A stretch of DNA of 64,000 nucleotides from Raillietiella orientalis. Lineage: Eukaryota. Below are positions 26,451-37,063 of this stretch, in pieces. The stretch spans positions 1,860,001-1,924,000 of the forward strand of contig JAYWIR010000029.1 in the NCBI GenBank assembly GCA_036172245.1, given 5' to 3'. The notes beneath the pieces were generated by a model that had not been told where the DNA came from, searched no databases, and worked only from the letters and a program-made list of their open reading frames with translations. Numbering within the stretch: position 1 is the stretch's first letter; every line of letters starts with the position of its first letter. The translations under genes were made by a program, and so were the position numbers.

Positions 26451-27015
26451 TTTACTCAATTTTCAATAAAAAAAAAAAAAAATGCCCAAACATGTCCTTT
26501 GCATTCGATCTCCCTAATGCTCGGACGCATTCTGAATTTGAAGTACAAAATAATTGCTACTGATACGGAATATTAACGTGAACAGTAAGGAAACACAAAA
26601 AGCAGGGGAACAGTTTTTTTGTTGACTGTGCTTTTCATGTGTTCACTAAATCGAACAGCAGCTTCGGATTCAGTGGAAATCGCTTCATTCACTGAAGTTT
26701 AATTTGGTTACGTGCTGATCACAGTGACGAAGAATGCTGAAAAATCCGCTTAACCTTGGGGTGCCTCAGGAAAACGCCTCAATTTTGATCTTTGAACTAC
26801 TTGACCGAATGGGCGGCATCGTGTCTTTGGGTGTGTTATTCATATTTCAGTCATTGCAAAACAAAAATTCGATTACTTTCGAATTTTGGGAGACTTTGGA
26901 TGCACTGATCAGTCACCACTTCCATGCCCCTACGTCAAATTTGGCAGTGGGACAGATCACACGTCGATTAAAGTTTCCTTGCAGTGGAACCTTGAGATTG
27001 CAATCATACTGAAAC

Positions 27016-27183
27016 TGGAATGACTATGTAGGTAGAGGCTTTCAACCTACGATTCATGTTTTCGTAAAAGTGGAATGACTATGTAGGTAGAGGCTTTCAA
27101 CCTACGATTCATGTTTTCGTAAAAGTGGAATGACTATGTAGGTAAAGGCTTTCAACCTACGATTCATGTTTTCGTAAAAGTGG
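27016..27183. repeat. Tandem repeat, 3 x 55 bp, near-perfect
   Basis: Unit TGGAATGACTATGTAGGTAGAGGCTTTCAACCTACGATTCATGTTTTCGTAAAAG starts at 27016, 27071 and 27126; one substitution in copy 3. Confidence 0.98.
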
Positions 27184-29826
27184 TATTTATTGCAGCATCT
27201 GAATCTATTTGAAAACTTCCTACGTGATTACATACGCATCAAAGTATGGATATCTTAGACGTTTATGCTTATTGATACTCCAGGTGACAAAAAGATTAAA
27301 ACTTTACAGTGTTTCAGGACAACTATCATTCAAAAACAAATAAATTAGCCTTTCTGGGTTTGCCTTTAGCTGTAGAAGTCGTTATTCGTGACTGTAGATG
27401 CTGGATCATTTAGCAAATGCTTCTTACCCCACGTTAAGGATTTTCAAGCAGTCATGTGGATTTATCTATAATAATAATTCTAGCAGTAAATTATCATTAG
27501 GATATAACTGCTAACTGCATGTTACAAAAAACCTCAAGGATTGCTTGGAGGAGCTCTTGCAAAACAAAACAAAGCATTCCTTTGGTTTGAGGTTTAATCG
27601 TTCCCCTCAATCGAGAGCTGATCATTTCTGAATATCACGCAGATGAGCACTGCCATTGAAGAGCAGATAATTCACAACGAATCTTTTAGGTGAGCCAGAA
27701 ACCTCAAGGAATGTTCGAAAATGTGAACGCAGAAGAACTTTACTATTTTTCACTTTTTTTCATGATTCTCACAAATTTGGTACCTCTTATCTCAGGAATC
27801 CTAGCCTGATGTTTACATCAAATCGTTAAATAAATAACCGTGTTCTTGAATGTCATATCCTGTACATATTTGAAATGCACACTGCAGTCAACTGTACTGA
27901 ACTGTATGGTTGAACTTCCGAGTCAGTTGTTTTGCGAGATCGTAATTGGTGCCACCGATGTGGTGTTTGCCCTTTGGTCATGGGTCCAAAGTACGTCGAG
28001 CGTTCCGTATAAGCTAATTGAGTAGCATTTCAGTTTGTACGTGTGCATGTACACGAGGTGTGTTTTCGTTCGAAATCGTGTGTAATGGAATCAAGTCCTT
28101 GGAGATATGTACAGTTTCGGTGCTCGTGTGTAACTAGTAACTTGACCGTTTCTTTGAATATCTCCTGTGTTTAAGTAGGGCTCCGTTTTTGATAAGGGAA
28201 ATAATTTTTACTACGAAGTACGTGAGCAGATATCCCGCAAAATTTGCAAGAAATCGGCCTTCTTGCTTTCTTGTTTGCATGTAATGTTGGCACCACGATA
28301 AAAAACCAGCATGCAATGGTGAGCCTTCCGCTGCCAGGGGAAAGTAATGTCAGTAAAATCACAATAATTGACAGGCTTGAAACGGTTTAGGGCAATAAAA
28401 AAATTGGAATTCGTTATCACTTCCACGAAAATTTCCTCCTCTTCAGATTGTAATACTTCAACTGAGTTTCTGTCAGTTAACTAATTTGGTTTTGACATGC
28501 ACAACTTTTGTCGGGAACTTCCGCGCTGCCTCCGAGTTGCGGTTCGCATCCGGCTATCGTGGCAAGCGATTAATGCAAAAGCTGGACAGGGTAGCCAAGT
28601 AAATATGATGCTGAACTTGGAACTCCAGTCAAGGTTTTTAAAAGCGTATGAATACAAGAAAAGTTTGGAGTTGAAATTGTGTACAAGTTGCTGATAGCAA
28701 TTTGATGGAGTGGAATACGTATTATGGATCAGCTTCCAGTTGTAAAGATAAGTAGAGCTGAGGTCTTAGGGTTTCTTTCCCGGTTTCTATTTTAAAAAAT
28801 CACTGACTATTGGTTAAATAGGGGAAAAATCTTAGTCATGCTAATTTTAGGTGTTATGAAGAAATGTGAAACATGAAAATGCGTAAGTTGTTCACGATAT
28901 AATAATCCAAGTTGCATACCAAACAGAATAAGGATGAGTTTAGTTGCAGGAAGTTAAGTTCTGTGGATTATTATTTCATATCTATACACTTAACGCAGCA
29001 ACTTCAAGATCGATTTGATGTTGAATCATTGTGTTCTTTGTATTAGTACCAATCAATTTTGTTTCGTTTTCGAAAAACAAATGTACGTTTTCCACCTTTT
29101 TGTATAATTTTCATGCAAGTTCTGTTACCTTATTATCCGAAATTCCTGTGTATTCTGTGTATGTTTTTTTTTTTTACTAATTTCATGTTTCATACCTAAA
29201 CTGAATCTTTCAGTGATTGAACTCCTTTTAGGTCATCTGTAAATCTTTCAGGCTTTATCAGGTGCAACTTTAGTTCACTGCTTCGTGTGCAGTTCTAATC
29301 ATCGTAGTATTTTGTGATGGCCTCAATAAGGAGGTTTTACAAAATATATTTTTTGTGTATGATCTCTAAGTTTATCCCTTATTATTTTGGTTTGGCTTAG
29401 TTTATAAATTCCAGATACTTATGGAAGCTTTTACATGTACAAGAATGTACAATAGAACATACGAAAATTTATTCATCATTTATTTTCATTAAAAAAAAAT
29501 ATTCACATAAAAGATTCTAAAGGCCACAAATCATGGAGGAAAAAAAACTTTGCGGCTTGGAAGGTGCTCATGTAGGCGGACTATTTCTCAAAACCCGTAA
29601 AAATTGCCTTTAATGTTTAAAAAACGAAAATACTGTAATGGTTTTTGGAATGGCTGTTTACTAAATTCTATCCAGGATTCAATTGTTTGCACTCATCGGT
29701 ACAATTTTGGTTAAAGCTACGTTTAAATAGAATGCTTACATAAAAGTTTTTATTTTATAAAGCAGCATCAAGCAATTTTCTTGTATGTTCCTCATGTTAC
29801 TAACCCAGAAGATTTCTGGTCTAAAT

Positions 29827-30691
29827 TTACATCTTGCACAAAGTATCTCTTAAATTTTCCAAATCACAAACTTGACCAAGTGCTTTAACTGGGTCCATTG
29901 AAATAAAGTTTTCCAAATTGTTTTTGCATTCTGGTCACAAAAAGTTTTTTATAAAGTTTACTGTGAAACTTACCTGCTGTGCTTATGCAAGAATATAGGG
30001 GAGGATCTTGTATCCAAGACCCATCAGCATGCTTCATGTGTGAACGATCAGAAGCAAATGTTTGAAGAAAAACATTAGCTGATATCACATGGAAAAAACA
30101 CTTATATTGTCTTGGAAGTCCAGTCAGCTGAGAGAATGTTGCCTTCACATATTCCTCCAATAGAACAGGAAATGGAAGTTTAGAATCAAAATCATAAACG
30201 CTGATGCTTTGCTGCTTTTTCTCAACCAAAATACAGTGGTAGTCCTGTTGGAACCCAATGTGTTCAACATAACAAGTTTTATTCTTACCCAAATAATGGG
30301 TTCTTTGTCTCTACATTTCTTTTGATTCCACAAAGGTACTTGTTTCTCACAATTTGATATAAAAACAACATAGAATTCATGCAATCTGTTTGTGTTTTGG
30401 GTAGATATTTTTTCACATAACTTCCATATATTTTCTTCACTTAGGTAAATTTAGGTCATTCATTTGAATAATGAGTAATTGTTACATGCATTGTCAGATA
30501 ATGAATAAAAATCATTTAAATTTAAAATTTTGGTCTGATAATTGTAAAACTATATGGATTCAGAAGTTCATGAAGATTGAACTTAATGAGACAATACAAT
30601 AACTGTAAGTAAACTTCAATTACCAGTAATATGGAGTATATTCACAATGTTCCAGTCTCAAATTTTCCAACATTCTCTTTTCTTCTACCAT
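29827..30691 (-). CDS. NTAQ1: Protein N-terminal glutamine amidohydrolase; exons 30691-30624, 30439-30289, 30244-29974, 29930-29827, 197 aa
   Basis: YTPYYCEENIWKLC, VVFISN..KQVPLW, IIWDYHCI, VYDFDSKLPFP, FASDRSHM motifs; Cys-His-Asp triad intact; phase-consistent GT-AG joins. Confidence 0.95.
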
Positions 30692-31645
30692 GAGCAAGAA
30701 AGCAAAGCAAATTTCTTGAAATACTTATTAGAATACCCTCTGAAACTAGTAACACTGGATATGCTGACAGAATTCTAGATCTAATGAATTTTACTACTAC
30801 TATCCATCAAATATTGGTTTCCTATTTTATTTTTTTTATGCATAACTAAACTACCTTGCACAAAGAAATTCTATCTCTCATGTAAGTACATGAGTTTCCC
30901 AGTTCTGATGGTGAAGCTAAACTGTTCAGCTGAGAAATATGGTTTCATCCATCTTTTCAAGCTCACATGTCATGAACTGGAACAAAAGATGGATATGGAA
31001 ATCACCCAGTCATTTCAATAATTAGCACTGGCAGACACTGCAAAAACATGCAAGTAGAAAGCGGAAAGTAATCTAATCTAATCTAAATATAAAAATCTAA
31101 TCTTAAATCTCCCTGCTTTTTTTGCATTTCCAAATTGTCAAGGAATACTCTTTAAACTGATTCCCACCTGGAGCTTAATTTCAAAAACGAATTTAAATGA
31201 ATTTCTCTTAATCCTCTCTGAGTTTTCGGGTCGTTTCAAAAATGTCACCACCATAAAGCAAAAACACACAGACGAAAAACTTTATATTAGATAAAGAAAT
31301 GCCAGGCAATTGCAGCTAACTAGCTTCAACGATTTGGAATATTTTAGGTAAAACGGAATACTTTAAGTAAAGAAAAGTTAGGATGAAGTCTCTAATGAGG
31401 TTCGTCAGGGATAGCTGAGGATAAGCTTTGTCAGGGAAATTTTGGAATGCTACTCAATCAGTAGTTAAAACATTTTCGCGGCTTAATAATTGAAGTTGTT
31501 TTCTCCTGAAAGCATACTGCGGCCAGCGAAATTTATGTTCACACTGTACAGTCGTCTCATTAAAGAGACCGTACTCTTTTATTTTAATCTTCTGAACTTA
31601 CTATTCAGTAAACCAAAGTTTTACCGCTAAAGATTGTACCGCTCA

Positions 31646-32236
31646 TTATCTTTGGAAACCAAAAATCCATACTGTACATCGATGACATCAACTTGGAAAA
31701 ACTTTGATGCACTGGTGAAAAAACTGCACACAATACCCTTTAATGCACCTTCAAATAAAAGTTAACCAAAATTTTAAGCAATTATTCAATTGTCAATTTC
31801 GTATTGAGGATTGAAGCTTCCTCGTCATATGAAATAACGTACAAGTTTGGTATGAAAACATTTAATAACTTTACCCACAACCATTTTTGTTTTACACCCA
31901 AAGGCAAACTTTTGCTTTTATATTTCTTGCCCATAGTTCTTATAAAATCTGGTTTTGATTTATTCAGATTCTTCTAGAATTCATCACACGATAGCAATGT
32001 AGGTCCATGGTATGGTTATCGAGCACAATGAAATCCACCAGTATAAGATAATACCATGCACTTGTTTTTTTGGTAATAAAGTAGTTATAATATCCAACGT
32101 ACCATTCCTCAATATCGTTGAATCGCTTTTTGTGTTAACATTGCTATCCAAGATAAATTTCAACATTTAATGACGTTTAAATTAATAATGAAGATGTCAT
32201 CGATATACAGTATGGATTTTTGGTTTCCAAAGATAA
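31646..32236. mobile_element. MITE / non-autonomous TIR element (~590 bp)
   Basis: 44-bp inverted repeats at 31646-31689 and 32193-32236 with one mismatch; AT-rich non-coding interior; TA at both outer ends is compatible with a TA target-site duplication. Confidence 0.85.
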
Positions 32237-33091
32237 CCTTGGATCTCTACTGCAGTGAATCCAGTAGAAAATAAGTATTGCTGCTATACGATTGCTGTTG
32301 AAACTGGTCTTGGAAATAAATTTTTATGAACAAAATAATGCAGCGAATTGTAGTTTAAAAAAATGAAAATTGTTTTTATGATCACTGGTCAAAGAAGTCA
32401 AGATCACTGTTTGAAAAAGCCCTTTTCTTTTGCTTTGAGAATTTTCCTTTCGTTTTCTGTTTTAAACTCTTAATTAGGGATGCAATTATGAAGTTTCTGA
32501 AATCGGAAATAAAACGAATGTCTTAACAACATCTCAAGTCATTATGCATTATAATTAATAATGCTTCTCTCAGAATGAAAAAAAAAAAACTAAAACAAAT
32601 ATCATTTTATTAAAACTTTGTTACAAATGTTTGCAAACTACAGATTTTAGAACTAGGAATTTTCTTTCATCGATATGTCAATCTCCCGGAACTATGTTTT
32701 TCACATGACTTAGTTTGCTCATTGTAACAATCATCTAAAAACACTTGACTACTTCTGTTTCTTATCACAAATTCTGATGCAAGATGAAAATCTTTTATAT
32801 ATGAATATCAGTATTTCTCTCTCCCTTGTAAGCTCAGCTTTGAACTTTTTCCAGAAAGCCGGATTCGAAATACTAATGTGGCTTTTAAAAACACATATCT
32901 TTTTCTTAGAAATTAAATCATTTACATTTATTCCTATGACGTTTAACACTTTTGACCAATGAAACACGCCAAATTTTAAGGCAAAATTATTTATTTGGAT
33001 GAGTGGCATTATCACCGATGCAAATGAAGATCTGTAGTTGTATTTAGATTTATAAAGAGTAGACTATGCACCTGGTAGAATATTCGTTACA

Positions 33092-33857
33092 TCATTCTGC
33101 TGGCGAAAGAGTCCAGTAGGCTCCAACAAATTCTTCGATAACTACGTAGAAATCTTTGAGATCTGTTTTAATCTTCTTCCACAGAAGTAAAATATCTTCC
33201 TTTGTCATTCCGTTCATCCAGTTATGAAATTCCTTGATTTCCAGTTTTGCATTTTCCCACATGACAAGAATATCGTCTTTTGAAACTGAATTCATCCACC
33301 TAAGTAATTCATTTGTCTTATCTTTCGTTCGCTTCCAGAGTTTCAGCACTTCATCATCAGATAATTCCGTGGCTTTTTTAATTTCAACCAAAGTGCCTTC
33401 TGGTTTAAAAGGAAACCTATTTGATTTAGTTTTCAGAAGTGCTGAATCATCACTGTTACTGGTAAGCAATACATTCTCTGGAAAATACTTTGGCTCGTAA
33501 AAAAGAGCATCGACATGAAAATAACATTTGTGGCTACACTTCTCGAGGAAGGTCGCAATGAGATGGTCTGGAAAACATTTTGTCTGATTCTCACGTGAAG
33601 ACTTTAGCATCAGAGGGCTGATATCTTCAGGAAATCCATGAGATGCATATGAATCTTGGAAAGGAGGCTTCTGAAAAGTAACGGTAATGTTGTTATCCCT
33701 ACCATCTGCTTTTACGCTTTTTTTTTTTTTTTGAGATCTTTACCAATGAAAAATACAATTCATGGCACGAATAAGGTACAACAATTCTTACTTTACTTAG
33801 AAACAGCGCACACAGAGTACATAGGAAAACGATGAAGATGTGGAAATTTCCATTCAT
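33092..33857 (-). CDS. Orphan secreted or membrane-anchored protein with three 26-aa amphipathic repeats; a further 3' exon probably lies at ~32749-33063
   Basis: Exon 1 MNGNFHIFIVFLCTLCALFLSK|GTAAGA joins in phase 0 to acceptor TTTTCAG|33670; long open frame in AT-rich DNA; repeat S/T-K-D/E-D-I-L-x-x-W...WMN. 3' splicing unresolved. Confidence 0.65.
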
Positions 33858-34749
33858 TTTTTTCCAGAAGTATTGCACTATGGGTCAGGTCATAAAGAAT
33901 TTTGAATTTTATGATATGATAGTTCCAAATGCAGGAATAATAAAAGGCTCTGTTACTTTGGTTACGCCGTAATCCGATGCCATTTCTCTGATTGTTGTAT
34001 TGTGCTGATATGATGCATAATTAATATCCAAAGTAGCATTTGCTATATGATTCTCAACTAAGCTCGGATACTAATGTTCTGAATGCTTTCGTTTAACGCC
34101 TGAGGAATTCATTAAGGATTCCTCCATATGAAAACGAGAGAAAATCTCAAAAGTAATTGCCCCTGAGCCATTTCCTTGCCGCTTCATTTTTTGAGAACAT
34201 AAAACAAGAGGTGCAAACGGAAATGCGCACTACAGAAAACAAAATGTTAACGAGTCGTAAAATAAGCATCACGTACACCTCATTTTGAATATTTTTATGG
34301 TTTCTGTCGTAAGATATAAAGTATTTGGGTGTAGGAATTAAAGAGGATTGCGTCATGTGCAAGCAACCACCAAGATCAGGAAAAGCAATTTTAGGAAGGA
34401 TTCACAGTTTCCATCCTCCGTGAAACGAATCGAAGCTGCGCATTGGGAAAAGAGGCGCGCGCGGTGTTTTCAATCCCGAGCCGTCTCTTGCTGCAGTCTC
34501 AGCCGCTCGTAATATATGAGAATGCCTTCTATTCCTTCCTTCCACTTGTTTAGCTTCTTCACGAAGAGCATGATCATGTGACCAATGATCTGAACGCAAA
34601 TTAAAATTCGGATAGCCTCTGGTTCTGGGTGTCTCTTCCTAAAACGCTAATTTTCACATCAGCCGTGGAAGATGCAACCTTTCATTTTTGTTTCTATAGC
34701 TCCAGCTCATTTGATCATCAACTATGCATCACATACAATCTTCTTGGCC

Positions 34750-35850
34750 TCGTGCTTCTATTTATGCAACCATTGAGGTGGTGTTGAACATCACAAATGT
34801 GTTGCATCAGGGATTCTGTGGAGTCTCGATATGTGATGACTAAATCAAGTTCATCAGATCTGTTAATGAAAATACACAGCTCGCTGCATTCTCGTGATCC
34901 AGGAAAGTGGCAAGCAAACAGGTTCTACCATGTGAGGGGTGTCAGGTCATGGTTTCTTCTGGCGGTCACGTTGTATTGGGTTCGTTTCTTACTTTTTCCG
35001 CAAAATCACTGCTTTCCTGAAAATACGAAAGCAAGGACCATGAATACAACTCTTGAGGTCTTCAGCATCATTTGTTCCAGCGCCTCTGGAAACAAGTGGC
35101 ATCGAAAGGGCGATGAGAAGACTGCATTGTGGGAACCGGTTTCCTGACTATCCCTCCTGCTTGACAGGTGTGCTTGCCTCTCTCCCGCAGTTTGAATCTC
35201 AGCTTCACCTTAATCCTCGCTTAGCTGATTGCTGAGATTCGTGTTTTTGACAGCTTCAGTGGATCATGACTGATCCAAGCCACTATCCTCGTTGAGAGAG
35301 GGATGGCTAAGCACACACTCAAGTGGCAAAAAACGTGAGGCGCAAGGCGCACCCACCAAACGGCGGTACCTTCGAAGAGTTTCTGTGACGAATACTCGGA
35401 GAACGCCGCAGCCTTGGAAGCCAGAATGGTCCCAGACATCAGGCTTCTGTTCATCATCCTTCTTCATCAGGCCAGCATCTGTTCCCATCCTGGAGCCTGC
35501 AATGCATTCTTGGCTTTCTGAGCCTACAAAAAGCGTAAGGATGAGATGAGTCCAAGGTGACGACTTTGTTTGGACGGCACAAGGAAGGTCCACCCCTCCA
35601 GATTGCAGCCCTAAGAGCAGTAGTCGGCATCGCGTTGAATGGGCGCATGCTGGAATCACCATCTCCAAAAAGCAGCGTTTCCTGTGTCCTCACCTTCCTG
35701 TGAGTTCTTCCCTTCCTCTACCTCTTTCACGAAAACGGTTGAGGAAGCAAGAACTAGATCCTTCCTTCCAACCTCAGGGAAGGTCTTGCCGCTCTCCCAT
35801 CCTTTGCTCCCATCCTCGTTTTACGAAAGACTTTGCTGGACACCCTCCGT
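34750..35850 (+). mobile_element. Decayed LINE RT fragment
   Basis: QG-like and ADD-like remnants (~35030-35120) and VPILE...W...VQ (RPILEY...W...LE.VQ-like, ~35480-35560). Confidence 0.4.
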
Positions 35851-36239
35851 GCAACCGCTTCTTTCTTTTTTTTTGTTTAGAAAAAGAAGATCCATTGTGA
35901 TCCATTCCTAAGAATTCCATGGTTTTTTTTTATATTTTATTTTGTTTTTGTTTCACTTTTGGTTTGTCCCTTCCTCCCTCAGCAGCCGAGGAGGAAAAAA
36001 AAAAAGGACAATAGCGACTCCACGTGAAGATGGTAAAAAATTCTTCAAAGTTCTGTTTTCGCTGCCTTCCTTCCATCTTTTTCTTCTTTATTTTGGATTC
36101 GCGGAATGCTGAAGAAACCGTTGGGTCTCCTTAGAGAAGGCGGGGTGGACAAAGCTCCTTGGATACTGTCGACTCCACTCGATAGTTAGTGTGACTCAGT
36201 TGGGACCAACCCATGTGTCCAGGAAGGCCTCCGAAAGGA

Positions 36240-36400
36240 AGAGTCCGTTCCTCTTGCTCACTGGGAGGGAATCCCGGAGGGAACGTTCGCCCTGGTTGTC
36301 TCTGAAGGGAACCCCGGAGACTCCTTATTCTCTCTGGAGGCGTCCCCTGAAGGGGGGCATTCCTCATGTTTTCTTTGAAGGGAGCACGCAAGGGATCTGC
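36240..36400 (-). repeat. Partial inverted copy of the SINE body
   Basis: Reverse complement reads CCCCTTCAGGGGACGCCTCCAGAGAGAATAAGGAG...GGGGTTCCCTTCAGAGACAACCAGGG, matching 18630-18710 and 39645-39715. Confidence 0.75.
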
Positions 36401-37063
36401 TCCTTGTTTCTCCCTCTGAAGGAAATCCTCAGAAGGGATGCTTCTCGATTTCTCTGGAGGCCGCTCTCAGAAAAGAGCAGCGCTATTCTTCACACCCCAG
36501 AAAGGCACCCCTAGATGGGGGTATCGATCAGTTCCATAGTACGCGATGGAGGGTGCCTCCGAGGAGGGGGGGGGATGGCTCTATTTTCACAAGCGAAGAA
36601 AATGACTACTTGATTCCTGGAAGGACCCCGGCAAGTCAACTTCCAAACCTGGTCAGTTAACGGGAGCATCCGGTTTCCGGATTTCACTGGTGCTCTTGGG
36701 TGAACCAGCGTCACCCTGTGGGGGAGAGGGGGATGACTCGAAATCTCCCACGACGCATCCTTTTCTCGACGTCGATTCTCCACGTGGGGATTCAAACCCG
36801 TTCAACGTTCGGTGCTGCGCGCGGAAGCAGCAGGCACAGGGTTTCCAAACCGCCTTCTTATATGGAGGGGAGTGCACCTCCCAGACGCCGGAAAACTGCC
36901 GGAGCCGCCTCTCCCGTTGCTGAGCGCCTCTCTGCTTGCTTCATGCGTCGTCTCCTCGCAGCTGTCCGCGGGCTTTAAAAATATCCTCTGGCGCCCTGGT
37001 AGCGGAGTGCCAGGGACGGTCTCTCAGACACGTGAATTCTCTCGAAGAGTTCCTGGTCCGAAG

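Noticed and set aside
27016..27183. CRISPR array
   Set aside because: Contiguous identical units without spacers, in eukaryotic DNA with no cas genes.
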